Below, piece after piece: positions 43,140 to 54,832 of a DNA stretch of 64,000 nt. The notes under the pieces are model-generated. The model did not search any database. It had not been told where the DNA came from and saw only the letters and a list, made by a program, of their open reading frames with translations. A program made the position numbers and the translations under genes. Origin of the DNA: Candidatus Latescibacterota bacterium (GTDB lineage: Bacteria; Latescibacterota; CBDEFO01); assembly GCA_965248755.1 (NCBI GenBank), contig OZ252149.1, positions 4,032,001 through 4,096,000 on the forward strand. The letters are read 5' to 3'. Each line of letters opens with the position of its first letter. Within the stretch, counting starts at the first letter, position 1.

Positions 43140-44696
43140 ATGTGTAGCAAAAGGGTTGTAAGACACTATTTCTATCTTTTAGTGCCAATATTTGTTGTAT
43201 TAGCAAATATACTTGGCCGAAATGTTCAGGCGCTGACATCTGATAGGCGATCCCCTAATGTTCTTTTGATAGTAATGGATACGGCAAGGCATGATCGTTT
43301 ATCCTGCTACGGCTATCACCGTGATACGACACCTAATATTGATAAGATAGGAAAGGAAGGTGTTGTCTATGAAAATGCTATATCCGCTGCTATTTGGACA
43401 CTCCCTTCGCACGCTTCCATATTCACAGGAATGTATCTGAGCAAACACGGCGTAACCGGTGAGCACAAGTATTTAGATGACAGATTTGACACCATAGCGG
43501 AGGTCTTGAAATCACAGGGATACAGAACAGCGGCGTTCTCAAATAATCCTTACGTTGCAAAATGGTCTAACTTAACTCAGGGATTTGATATGTTCTGGCA
43601 ATTAAAGCGGAGTAAAAATTGGTGGAAAATTGAAGATCTTAACAAGGAAGAGCTTGAGCGTCTAAAGAGGAATCTTAAGGATAGATTCACTTCATTTAAG
43701 ATGCCCAAAACAAAGGATGCAGGTGCGTATATATCTAATTTAAAGATTATAGAGTGGCTTGAGACAGAATACGATCCAGAAGTCCCATTTTTTATGTTTA
43801 TCAATTATATAGAACCACATGCTTCCTATGAGCCGCCCGGCCCTTACGACACAATCTATTTGGATGATGGAATTACAGCGGAAAGGGTAAAAGAGGTCAC
43901 AAGAAAAATTAATTGGGGACGGAGCTGGGCAGGATACATTACGGGCAAGATTAAAATGAGGGACAGGGATTTTGAGATATTATCATCCTTATATGACGGT
44001 GAGCTTGCCTATCTTGATATGAGGATGGGGGAGCTTTTTGACTATCTGCGCCAAAAGGACATTCTGGATAACACCCTTTTGATTATCACCTCGGATCATG
44101 GCGAACACATTGGTGAAAACAAGATGATGAATCATGTATTTTATATCTACGACACTCTCCTTCATGTTCCTTTAGTAATAAGGTATCCTTCGTCCTTTCC
44201 ATCTGGGACAAGGATCAGACGACAAGTTCAATTAACAGACATATTCCCGACTATATTAGATGTTTTGGGGATAAGTTTTGATGGATCAGATGAGCTTCAA
44301 GGATATAGCCTCATCCCATCCAAACTTGATAAACACGCTCGACCGTTCGCTGTCGCTGAAAAATTGGTCTTGCCCTTTGCGCTGGATATATTACAAAAAG
44401 CTAATGCTAGTTTTGATATTTCTCCATACTTATGTCGAAGGAAGACCATTCGCACAGAAGATTTCAAATATATCTGGTCGTCAGATGACAGTGAAGAACT
44501 TTACAACATAAAGAACGGTTCTGGCGAGTTGAACAATATCATCGAGTCTCACCCTCAAAAGGCAGAACAGCTTCGTCAGAAGCTACAAGATTGGTTATCC
44601 TCCTTTGAGCACTACAAGGCTGTAGGTGATGAGCCTGTGTCAGAGGTGGACAAAGAGACTCTAGAAAGGCTCAAAGATTTAGGATATGTCCAATGA
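43140..44696 (+). CDS. Exported sulfatase-like protein, paralog 1
   Basis: PNVLLIVMDT, WTLPSHASIFTG, YDGE, TSDHGE, ERLKDLGY. Confidence 0.88.
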   Translation: MCSKRVVRHYFYLLVPIFVVLANILGRNVQALTSDRRSPNVLLIVMDTARHDRLSCYGYHRDTTPNIDKIGKEGVVYENAISAAIWTLPSHASIFTGMYLSKHGVTGEHKYLDDRFDTIAEVLKSQGYRTAAFSNNPYVAKWSNLTQGFDMFWQLKRSKNWWKIEDLNKEELERLKRNLKDRFTSFKMPKTKDAGAYISNLKIIEWLETEYDPEVPFFMFINYIEPHASYEPPGPYDTIYLDDGITAERVKEVTRKINWGRSWAGYITGKIKMRDRDFEILSSLYDGELAYLDMRMGELFDYLRQKDILDNTLLIITSDHGEHIGENKMMNHVFYIYDTLLHVPLVIRYPSSFPSGTRIRRQVQLTDIFPTILDVLGISFDGSDELQGYSLIPSKLDKHARPFAVAEKLVLPFALDILQKANASFDISPYLCRRKTIRTEDFKYIWSSDDSEELYNIKNGSGELNNIIESHPQKAEQLRQKLQDWLSSFEHYKAVGDEPVSEVDKETLERLKDLGYVQ

Positions 44697-44737
44697 GACA
44701 AGCACCGTTTATGAACAGTTGACCGCGTCATTGCCTC

Positions 44738-46204
44738 TTGACACTAGTAAATCAGGGAGAGGATGCTGTGTCCAGCAGTGAAACAAAGCTGTCTGTTGTG
44801 ATTCCTGTCTATAACGAGATTAACTTTATAGAAGAGATCATAAGCCGGGTTAAGAGGGTCAATATTCCCAAAGAGATAATAGTTGTGGACGACTTCTCCA
44901 CAGACGGGACAAGAGAACTGCTGAAGGAAATAGACTCACCTTGCGGTCACGATAGCGATGGGAATGAAATAAAGGTGATACTGCAGGAGAAGAACATGGG
45001 TAAAGGCGCTGCTTTGAGGAGAGGTTTTCAGGAGGCTACAGGCGATATAGTAATCATTCAGGACGCTGATCTTGAGTACGATCCCAATGACTACCATAAG
45101 TTAATTGCGCCTATCTTGAGCGGAGACGCCGACGTCGTGTATGGATCCAGATTCACAGGTACTCCCAGAAGAGTGCTCCTTTTGGGACACATGCTTGGCA
45201 ACAAGTTCTTAACTTATCTATCTAATCTATTTACAAATATGAACTTGACCGACATGGAGACGTGTTATAAAGTCTTCAGATCCGACGTTATAAGGAGAAT
45301 AGACATAACATCTAATCGCTTCGGCTTTGAGCCGGAAGTGACAGCCAAGATAGCCAAGTTAGGATGCCGCGTCTATGAAGTCCCTATCTCCTACCACGGA
45401 AGAGAATACTGGGAGGGTAAGAAAGTAGGATGGAAGGATGGGATTTCAACCTTATGGGCTATCCTTAAGTATGCCTTTTGGTGTTCTGAGAGTGACATCG
45501 AATATGAAACTTTATGCAATTTGTCCAAAGCCGCCAGATTTAACAGATGGATGTATAGTGAAATCAGGCCGTTCGTAGGCGCAAGGGTCCTGGAGGTAGG
45601 AGCAGGCATCGGCAATCTAACAAAGCATCTGGTCGGTCGCGACTTGGTAGTAGCCACTGACGTTAATAAACACTATTTAGACATTTTAAAGAGAATCTTC
45701 AAAAACTATGGCAGGGTGAGGATTGAACAACTGGACGTGAGCTGTTTTGAGGTCGAGCATTTTAAGCAGTACTCTTTGGATACAGTAGTTTGCCTCAATG
45801 TCCTGGAGCATATAGAGGATGATGTAAATGCTCTCAAAAAGGTCTTTGACGTTCTGGAACCGCAGGGAAGATTAGTTTTGCTGGTGCCGGCGGGAAAATT
45901 TCTTTATGGCTCGCTGGATACGAATCTTAACCATTTTAGGAGGTACGACAAGGAAGAGATAAAGTATAAAATGGAGTCGGTGGGTTATGAAGTCGAAAGA
46001 ACCTTCTATTTCAACCTAGCTGGCGTGCTGGGCTGGCTTATGAACGGACGGATTGTAAGGAGTAAGAAGATACCATCTTTGCAGCTAAAGCTTTACAACT
46101 TTCTGTTGCCGCTGTTTAAGCTTGAGCAGTTTCTCAAAATTCCCTTCGGACTGTCCTTAGTGGTTATAGGGGGTAAAAGAGAGGCTCAAGCTGGGACGTT
46201 ATGA
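44738..46204 (+). CDS. GT2 (DPM1-like) fused to class I methyltransferase
   Basis: [40 protein letters not shown]. Confidence 0.88.
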   Translation: MTLVNQGEDAVSSSETKLSVVIPVYNEINFIEEIISRVKRVNIPKEIIVVDDFSTDGTRELLKEIDSPCGHDSDGNEIKVILQEKNMGKGAALRRGFQEATGDIVIIQDADLEYDPNDYHKLIAPILSGDADVVYGSRFTGTPRRVLLLGHMLGNKFLTYLSNLFTNMNLTDMETCYKVFRSDVIRRIDITSNRFGFEPEVTAKIAKLGCRVYEVPISYHGREYWEGKKVGWKDGISTLWAILKYAFWCSESDIEYETLCNLSKAARFNRWMYSEIRPFVGARVLEVGAGIGNLTKHLVGRDLVVATDVNKHYLDILKRIFKNYGRVRIEQLDVSCFEVEHFKQYSLDTVVCLNVLEHIEDDVNALKKVFDVLEPQGRLVLLVPAGKFLYGSLDTNLNHFRRYDKEEIKYKMESVGYEVERTFYFNLAGVLGWLMNGRIVRSKKIPSLQLKLYNFLLPLFKLEQFLKIPFGLSLVVIGGKREAQAGTL

Positions 46205-46272
46205 CAAAACTGATAGTACTTGTTCGTTTGATCGGCTAAACAAAACGCGTTATTTTGAGGGGGCCTTATATA

Positions 46273-47850
46273 ATGTCCAACAAAAAGAGATACTATCTTT
46301 TGGTGATGACAATATTTGTTGTGGTAGCATATATGAAGTTCGTCCGAGATGTTCAGGCGCTAACATCTGATAAGCGATCCCCTAATGTTCTTTTAATAGT
46401 TATGGACACGACAAGGCACGATCGTTTATCCTGCTACGGTTATCACCGAAATACAACGCCCAATGTCGATAGAATAGCAAAAGAAGGAGTCCTCTATGAA
46501 AATGCTATATCTCCTGGTATGTGGACGCTCCCTTCACATGCATCTATGTTCACCGGGTTGTATCCGAGCAAACACGGCGCAACCAGCGAACACATGTATC
46601 TAAACGACAGATTTGACACTATAGCGGAGGTCTTGAAATCACAGGGATACAAAACAGCGGCATTCTCAAATAATCCTGTCGTTGCAAAATGGAGTAACTT
46701 AGTTCAGGGATTTGATATGTTCTGGAAGCTAAAGTGGAGCAAAGAGTGGTTTAAAGTTGAAGATCTTAGCAAGGAAGAGCTTGAGCGTTTAAAGAGAAAT
46801 CTTAAGGATAGATTTACTGCATTCAAGAGTCCCAATGCAAAGGATGCAGGTGCATATATATCCAATTTAAAGATTATAGAGTGGTTTGAGACAGAATATG
46901 ATCCTAAAGCCCCATTTTTTATGTTTATCAATTACCTAGAGCCACATATTCCCTATAAGCCGCCCGTTCCTTACGATACATTCTATTTGGACGATGGGGT
47001 TACAGCAGAAGAGGTAAAAAAGGTTACAAGAAAAATTGATTGGGGAGCGAGCTGGTCAGGATATATTGCGGGGAAAATTAAAATGACCAAGAGTGATTTT
47101 GAGATAATATCATCTTTGTATGATGGCGAGATTTCCTATCTTGATATGAGGATGGGAGAGCTTTTCGATTATCTGCGTAAAAAGGATGTCCTGGATAACA
47201 CACTCTTGATTATCATCTCAGACCACGGCGAATACATCGGCGAGCACCATAGGACAGCGGGCAAGCAAGAAAGGTCTGCAATGATACATCACGGATTTTA
47301 TATCTACGACAATCTTCTCCATGTTCCATTGATAATAAGGTATCCTTCGCTTTTTCCATCTGGGATGAGGATCAAAAAGCAAGTTCAAACCACGGACATA
47401 TTCCCGACTATACTGGATGTTTTGGGAACAAGTTTTGATAGATCAGATGAGTTTCAAGGATATAGTCTCATCCCGTCCAAGCTCGATAAACACCTCCGAC
47501 CGTTCGCTGTTGCTGAAAAATATATCTGGCCAGATGCTCTGGGAAGGTTACAAAAGGCCAATGCCAGTTTTGATATTTCTCCATACTTATGTCGAAGAAA
47601 AACTATTCGCACAGAAGATTTAAAATACATCTGGTCGTCCGACGGTAGTGAGGAACTTTACGACATAAAGAACGATCCTGAAGAATTGAACAACATTGAG
47701 TCTTATCCCCAAAAGGCAGAAGGGCTTCGCCAGAAGCTACAAGATTGGTTATCTTCCTTTGAGCACTATAAGGCGATCGGTGATGAACCTGTGTCAGAGG
47801 TGGACAAAGAGACACTGGAAAGGCTTAAAGATTTAGGATATGTTCAATAA
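46273..47850 (+). CDS. Exported sulfatase-like protein, paralog 2
   Basis: Closely colinear with 43140-44696; WTLPSHASMFTG. Confidence 0.88.
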   Translation: MSNKKRYYLLVMTIFVVVAYMKFVRDVQALTSDKRSPNVLLIVMDTTRHDRLSCYGYHRNTTPNVDRIAKEGVLYENAISPGMWTLPSHASMFTGLYPSKHGATSEHMYLNDRFDTIAEVLKSQGYKTAAFSNNPVVAKWSNLVQGFDMFWKLKWSKEWFKVEDLSKEELERLKRNLKDRFTAFKSPNAKDAGAYISNLKIIEWFETEYDPKAPFFMFINYLEPHIPYKPPVPYDTFYLDDGVTAEEVKKVTRKIDWGASWSGYIAGKIKMTKSDFEIISSLYDGEISYLDMRMGELFDYLRKKDVLDNTLLIIISDHGEYIGEHHRTAGKQERSAMIHHGFYIYDNLLHVPLIIRYPSLFPSGMRIKKQVQTTDIFPTILDVLGTSFDRSDEFQGYSLIPSKLDKHLRPFAVAEKYIWPDALGRLQKANASFDISPYLCRRKTIRTEDLKYIWSSDGSEELYDIKNDPEELNNIESYPQKAEGLRQKLQDWLSSFEHYKAIGDEPVSEVDKETLERLKDLGYVQ

Positions 47851-47861
47851 AAAAGTATAAG

Positions 47862-50616
47862 GTGAACATCAAAAGACACATAAACGATTATATCAGAGGG
47901 CATCACCTATGCTATGATGACCTTATAATTGTTTTGCTATTTCTCCCCTTAACACTGTTATTTGTTGTTGAATTAATAATGTCCTTAGATTGGAGAATGG
48001 CCCATGATACCCCTTTACTTCATTATGTCGCGTTCCTCGCAGACCATTATAATTATGCCTTATATAAAGACGTGTTTGATTTTAACATGCCAGGTGCGGT
48101 TTTGTTCCATTTATCCATAGGAAAGCTTCTTGGGTATGGGGATCTGGCATTCAGACTTACCGATATAGCTTGGTTGTGTGCACTATTGTTTGTAACCTGG
48201 GGTATTATGAGTCAATTTGGCAAACGGGTAGCTTGGGCCAGTGTTATCTTATTCGGTTTGTCATATTTTCAACATGGTCCAGCTATGAGTTTGCAACGGG
48301 ATTACGTTGGTATGCTTCCAATTGGTATGGCTATTTTTATAGTGATTTCTCGGCCTCAACTCAGTCTTTCTATTCGAGCTTTTCTCGTAGGTATCCTTTT
48401 CGGTATATCAGCTACTATCAAACCTCCTCTGGTTATCGGGTTACCTTTAGTTTTATTCTTCCAATGGAAGCAGACATACCGAACTAATACTGATGAGATA
48501 CCTATTACATCACCACTTTCAATTGCGTTGTCAATCAGCTTCTTTTCTTTTTTAGGCTTTGCAGTACCGATGTTTGGTTCCATTCTTTGGCTATGGCGGC
48601 AAGGTTCATTGCCATATTTATGGGAGATATATTCGTCATATCTACCATTGTATTTAAGCTTAACCGGTGAACACAAGACAATCTTTGGAATAGATCGGTT
48701 AAAATATCTAATAGAATCATATCTACATCTGGGTGGACACTCTACTTGGCTTATACCAGCGTGTTTGGGACTTTTTATCGCTTCCTTTGATGCAATGTAC
48801 TGCCCCCCAGAAAAGCGACATCAATTAAGCAACTTGGGGTAGCAGATAAAATTGTTTTCTCCACTCTTCCGGGGTCTTGTATCCCAGGGATGAATGAAGC
48901 CTGTTCTTGTTGTAATTATCGATCCACTGAGATATGATCTTCTCAGCTTGTTCAAAGGACTTGAAATTGTGAAGCCACACACACTCCTGCTTGAGGGTCC
49001 TGAAAAAACGTTCTATGACCCCGTTCCAATCGGCCTTTCCGCTCGGAATATATTCTTGACGAATGTCCCAATATTCGGTACTTGCCAAATAGGTCCGAGA
49101 CAAAAAGATGGAGCCGTTGTCAGAGCGCAAAGTGAGACCCTGGGGGACAGCCTCCTTGGAAGTGTATCGAGAGATCACGGCCCGATCCAGGGCATCTGTG
49201 GCCTCCAGTGCCCTCCCTTTTCGACTAAAACGATACCCAGGAACCTCCCGGCTTCCGTTGTCCACCACCGCAATAAGAGGACACCAACCATCTTTTCCAC
49301 AGTAAATCTTTGTCAAGTCACTCGACCACAAACTGTCGGGACTATCCACCACAGAACGCTTCTGGGCAACCTGTGGCCCCTTTCTCCCGGGACGATTCCA
49401 CAGCTTACACTGCCACCCCTTAAGCTTCATTATCCTATGAACCTTCTTAACGTTGACACATTCCCCTTCCTTGAAACGAAGATGCGCCCAAACCCGCCTG
49501 TGACCAAATGCCTCTTCTTGGTCCAGTATCCCTCGAATACGAAAAGCAAGCTCCTCATCTATCACAGGCTCTTTAACAGAAGAACTGACACCTCTATCCC
49601 TAAACCTATACAGAGTCGAACGATGCAAACCCAAAGCCAAAGCTACCACCTTGCGGGAATAGCCTCGACCCAAAAACCGCCCACTCAAGGCAACCGCTTC
49701 GTTTTTTTTAGACGGGCTACCTCTTCGAGTATCTCCAACTGGAGCGTCAACTGCCCTACCTTGCGCTCCAACCGGCTAACCTCTCGCTCCTTCGGATCCT
49801 TGCGACCACGCCGAGACTTCAGACTCTCCTGGCCCCCTTCTAAGAAACTATCACGCCAAGCATACGCCTGCGACTGGCTAATTCCATTCTTACGACACAC
49901 CTCAGATAGATCTGCTCCTCTCAAAAGAGCCAACACAATCTCTCCCTTACGGGTCGCCGTCCAGCGCTTACCATCTTTCACTTCGGGGCTCGACACCTTG
50001 ACCTCCCTTCTCAAACCCCAATTTGCGAAATATTTGTCGCTCTGTCAAGGGGAGCGGTATGATGATCCTTGTGCGAGTGCCAAGCCAGCATAGCTCATCA
50101 TATAGGCGACTTTTTCCAATCTTTGTACTGATACTAACTTTGGTCTTAGTGTTGCGTCCTTCATCGGACTTTTATCGACAGGTTAGAGGTCTTCCACCTG
50201 TCGCACCGAGACGCGGTCGTGTTGATAAGATTGCAGATTTCCAAAAATTACACGTGGAACCGGGTGATAAAGTTCAGCCTCTGGATTGGACGGGGGGGGT
50301 TGTACATGCAATGCTTCTATCAAGGGTGGAAATAGCCACGCCTTTTATATACGATTTTCATTTTTATCATCATATTTCGAATCCATACATTCAAACATTA
50401 CGCAAGCGATTTATGCAAAAACTCAAAGAAGCAGCGCCTCGATATGTTATTGAAATCGTCCATAGATACAAACCGTGGGTTTCTGGTTTAGATACGACCA
50501 GGAACTTTAAGAAATTAGGGCGTCTACTTAATGCTGATTACTTGGTGAGGATCAAGGGTAATGGATATGTGATCTATGAAAGGACGCGAAAAAAAGCAAA
50601 AGTCGTAAATCAATAG
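47862..50616 (+). pseudogene. GT-C-like membrane protein interrupted by IS3
   Basis: HD..LHY, YKDVFDFNMPG, QRD, IKP before the IS; C-terminal segment resumes after 50061. Confidence 0.68.
48796..50061 (-). mobile_element. IS3-family element, mosaic B/A, intact frames
   Basis: Left part is B type; distal orfB and right end are A type; no target duplication (GCAA/ATGA). Confidence 0.95.
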
Positions 50617-50718
50617 GGTATTATTAGAAGAAGCAAATTCATATAACAAGGTTTGGCAACTACAATTCGTTCCGACTAAAAATGTTTTCTATAGTCGTAT
50701 TCTTGGGACTATTGGAAG

Positions 50719-52632
50719 ATGAAGACTCTAGAATTTTATATCTCGATACACGCATTCCAGTCTAACAGAGCATTAGAATGGATTGTCAGGAGACGATACA
50801 GAGCCTATTCTATTCTATCGGCTGTCGTAGTTGTGATAGCCATATATTATCTGGTCGGGGTCTGGACCTCTGGTGGTCAAGCCGGCGTCCCGTTGGACGA
50901 TGCCTGGATACATTTTACATATGCCAGAAATTTAGCCGATTACGGTGAACTGTCCTTCAACAAAGGAGAACCGAGCACTGGGACGACGAGCTTCCTGTGG
51001 ACACTGCTTTTAGCGACGGGGTATTTAATCTCCAAGGATCCTCTGTGGACGTCAATCGTACTGAACATAGCCCTCTCAGCGTTATTGATTATTGTCCTGT
51101 ACGAATTGGGATCGGAGATCTACAGGGGGAGAATAATCGGATTTATCTTCGCTTTGGCCTGTGCTTTGATCGGCAATCTGATGTGGCTTACTCTGTCGGG
51201 CATGGAGACCATACTCTTCCTGTTTTTAGGGTTTTCTGCGCTCTTGTTCTACTCCAAAGAACGCTACAAATTGTGCGGAGCAGCTCTAGGGGCTCTGACT
51301 CTGACGCGTCCAGAGGGACTATGCCTGGTTCTAATACTTGCCATTACAGAATGGATCACAGTCAGAGAAAAAACCGAGAGGCGGAAGATAAATTTTAGCC
51401 TCCTTATTGCACCTTTGATCTGTGTTATGATCTATTTTAGCATAAATCTGCTCATTTCGGGCAAGTTTTTGACCAGCACATTTGAAGGGAGAAGGTGGTT
51501 AGCAAAGCAGGATCTTTCAGTCGATCTTAGCATCGCGAAGATGTTGAGCGAGAAATCGGGCATATTCCTCATTCTGAATAGATGGGTCTATCATCTTCGT
51601 AAATACTTATTCGGTCTCTTCTCCTGGATAAATATGCCCGGAAAATTCTTGAATAACGTATTTTTGTCGATATTCATTATACCGATTCTATCTGGCATCT
51701 ACATTTGTGCACTAAACTTTATAAAACATCTTAAAGAAACCAACACCCAGAGGCTAAAAAAGCTCCTGTTTTTACCTTTAGCCTGGGTTATAATATCGTA
51801 CATATCGCTCGATACTAATGTCTTTATGGACAATTTAATAACAATAATAGTATTGTATCTGTTCTTTCAACTCTGCTTACTGCGCGCCTTTGATTCAAAC
51901 ATTGTTTCTATTTCCAAAATAGGCACTGTAATGTACGTATGGTTTATTTTGCACAATTTAATGTATGCCGTGTTAATACCGTGGAAAGGACATGCTGGAA
52001 GATACCAAGCCATAAATCTGATCTTAGTGACATTCTTCTTAATTGCGGGAATTGCCCTTGTCTATAAAAAGATAAAGGATATGAAGAATATCAGATCGGC
52101 TATATTATTGAATTCTGTCTACTATATTGCAATCCTTCTAGTGACAGCGACATATGTGGGAAGCACTATCGAGTGGAGGGATTTATATATCTCCAGTGTG
52201 CTTCATATAAATAGAGTGCATGTCTCGACGGGAAAGTGGATAAACGAAAACATACCCAAGGATGCAGTACTTGCCGCTTATGACATAGGAGCTATAGGTT
52301 ATTATTCTCAAAGAGAGATCATAGATCTGGGCGGCTTGGTGGATCCATCCAGCATTCGCTACCTTTTTTCCGGAAATGCCCCAGAGTTTATGCGAAAGAA
52401 GAAGGCGACGCACCTGGCTATGGTTGAGTCCACATTGAAAAAGGTATCGTTAGGGGACCGAATGGGGATCTACAGACAAAATGGGAAAAAGTTCAAATTG
52501 ACCCCCTTGCACAACGCTGAGGTTCCAATAGATGAGTATCTGCCACACTGGCGAGCGACAGGAAACGCCTATCCCAAGATAGTCGTCTACAGAATCAAAT
52601 GGCTCAGCTCAAAAGATGGCTCCAGAAGATAG
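50719..52632 (+). CDS. Polytopic GT-C-like membrane glycosyltransferase
   Basis: DDAWIHFTYARNL, SGMET, LTRPEG, DIGAIGYY, IDLGGL. Confidence 0.72.
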   Translation: MKTLEFYISIHAFQSNRALEWIVRRRYRAYSILSAVVVVIAIYYLVGVWTSGGQAGVPLDDAWIHFTYARNLADYGELSFNKGEPSTGTTSFLWTLLLATGYLISKDPLWTSIVLNIALSALLIIVLYELGSEIYRGRIIGFIFALACALIGNLMWLTLSGMETILFLFLGFSALLFYSKERYKLCGAALGALTLTRPEGLCLVLILAITEWITVREKTERRKINFSLLIAPLICVMIYFSINLLISGKFLTSTFEGRRWLAKQDLSVDLSIAKMLSEKSGIFLILNRWVYHLRKYLFGLFSWINMPGKFLNNVFLSIFIIPILSGIYICALNFIKHLKETNTQRLKKLLFLPLAWVIISYISLDTNVFMDNLITIIVLYLFFQLCLLRAFDSNIVSISKIGTVMYVWFILHNLMYAVLIPWKGHAGRYQAINLILVTFFLIAGIALVYKKIKDMKNIRSAILLNSVYYIAILLVTATYVGSTIEWRDLYISSVLHINRVHVSTGKWINENIPKDAVLAAYDIGAIGYYSQREIIDLGGLVDPSSIRYLFSGNAPEFMRKKKATHLAMVESTLKKVSLGDRMGIYRQNGKKFKLTPLHNAEVPIDEYLPHWRATGNAYPKIVVYRIKWLSSKDGSRR

Positions 52633-52673
52633 AGAGCATCTTTGCGGGGCAAATGGACCCAAGATAGGTCACT

Positions 52674-54121
52674 ATGCAGTCAGGCTTGAAAAGAGACATC
52701 ACCATAGCATCCGTATCGTTTACCCTCCCTATAAGGGTAAAATACATTTCCGTCATCCTTTCGATTCTGTTTGCGGGTCTTTTTATCGTTGGCTTTAGGA
52801 TTGTTACCGCTTATTTGATTGATACATATAGGCTAAAGTCTCTGTTGCTTGAACTGAAGGGTAAAAATATAAATGCCTATCCTCTATACGCAATGTATGA
52901 TCCTAATATCACTTCAAAGATCATCTTGCCTTTTCTATTTGCTCCCCTTTATTCTACGTCATACACAGAGTCTTAAAAAGAGGCATCAAAAACAGCAACC
53001 TTATATTAGCTCTCTTGGTATTGTCATCCTTTCTTCTGAACTTATGCGTCGCCTCTGTTGACGGAGATTTTGTCCAAGTTATAACGAAGACCTTCCAGCG
53101 AGATAAATTAGAATACTATGGAGATATAGGAAAGGTAAACGGAGAGTTTATTTTCGATTACGAGTCCCGATTAAAAGATCTTTCGCTCCATTCATCTACG
53201 CATCCTCCCGGACCAATTTTGTTCCTATGGTGTCTGTCAAGGCTGGGATTAGACGCATTCTGGTCCTCCCTATTCGTCGCTATCTTCGGAAGTCTAACCG
53301 TGGTTCCTATCTATAGGATAACCAGAAGACTATACGGAGAAAAGGGGGCCGATTTAATCTGTGTTCTCTATATACTGTCACCAAGTGTCGTTCTATACTC
53401 TGTAACGTCTATGGACGTAATGTTCATGTTTACAGCGGCGCTATCTGCGCTTTATTTCTTTAAGTGTCTGGAGAAATTCAAGTTGCTAAATTGCCTTGTT
53501 TTTGCCCTCTTATACTCGACAAGCCTTTTTATGACCTTTACCAATGGTCTTCTTGTAATATTCTTCCTTATGGTTGTCTGGCTGACTTTGAATCGTTCTG
53601 ACGTGCAGGATAAAGTTGATATTTATCGCTCCCTCTTTCTTATGGGTTGGTTTGTATTGCTGATCCATATTGTGCTATTGGCACTTTTCAACTATAATAT
53701 AGCTGAGGTATTTTTTAAGGCGAATGAATATAATCGACAACTCAAAGCCCCCTACAGAGCCTACGGATATTGGATTTTTGGAAATTGGGCCGACTTCTTC
53801 ACCTTTTTGGGGATTCCCATTGCAGGGTTCGTCCTCCATTACTGCCTTCAAATCCTTCAAGATTTGAAAGGAAAGGTTCTCCGAAGAGAAAACATCGCCT
53901 TTATAAGCATCGTGGCCGCTTTGCTTTTAATTGATATTTCCGGGATAATACGGGGAGAAGCAGGTAGAATATGGCTCTTTGCTTCTCCGGTATTGTTTGT
54001 ATCCATAGCTAACTTTGTTGAAAAAGTGACATCAGATAGTAATGTTATAGTATATGTCATAGTCGGGCTGCTCTTTATCCAGACTTTGGCTATGGAAGTG
54101 ATGTATGAAACTTACTGGTAA
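52674..54121 (+). pseudogene. GT-C-like membrane protein, frameshifted near 52943-52950
   Basis: HSSTHPPG, SMD, GEAGRIWLF; the 53015 frame is open upstream into the 52674 ORF. Confidence 0.62.
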
Positions 54122-54826
54122 TTGAAGGGAGCATATGCCATGTCTTTAGCTTTGCGTGTCCTTTTATTCCTCTTTCTGGCCGTTTCAGATACTACGGGTC
54201 AGGGAGAAGACAACGGCGTGAAAGTTGTAAACCCAGCAATCGACGGCTCAAAAATTCCAAGACCTTTCGATCTGCTCCTGAAGGCCGGCACTTATACCGT
54301 CACCTTGAACTCCCAGATGGAAAGCTGGGAGTTTCCTGTCAAAGAAGTCGTGATCTTTGCCAACTCCAAAGGTCGAACCTTCTGGAAGGTCCAGGAAGGC
54401 CTTCCCACAATAATGACGCTCACAAGAAGGGGGAAGACAGGAGTTAAAGTCCTTATACCCGAATTAGAACATAATATCACAGGCGAAGCAAACCTGACTT
54501 TTAAAAGGGGAAAGGAGGTGCAGACCTTGAAAGTGGAAGGCTTTGGGAACCTCTGGCCTTCTGATAACTCCGAATATCTCTACGTAGGTCCAGGAGTCTA
54601 TAGTTTCTCAACCGATTCCCATAGCGTTGTGCTCTGCGTTCCTGGCAACCAAGACCCTTATGGATGGTTCGAGATCGTAGAACGAGGTCTATCCAGTACC
54701 CTTGTAATCGATGAAAATGTCTCAAGGAGCAGAGTCTGGATATTTGTACCCAAAACTAAGAGGAGAAAGGCCACTGTGAGATTTATCAAGACGCAGGATA
54801 TCCACTCCCTTTTGGAGAGGTTCTAA
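54122..54826 (+). CDS. Hypothetical exported protein
   Basis: Signal-peptide-like N-terminus; tight operon spacing. Confidence 0.6.
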   Translation: MKGAYAMSLALRVLLFLFLAVSDTTGQGEDNGVKVVNPAIDGSKIPRPFDLLLKAGTYTVTLNSQMESWEFPVKEVVIFANSKGRTFWKVQEGLPTIMTLTRRGKTGVKVLIPELEHNITGEANLTFKRGKEVQTLKVEGFGNLWPSDNSEYLYVGPGVYSFSTDSHSVVLCVPGNQDPYGWFEIVERGLSSTLVIDENVSRSRVWIFVPKTKRRKATVRFIKTQDIHSLLERF

Positions 54827-54832
54827 AGAAAT

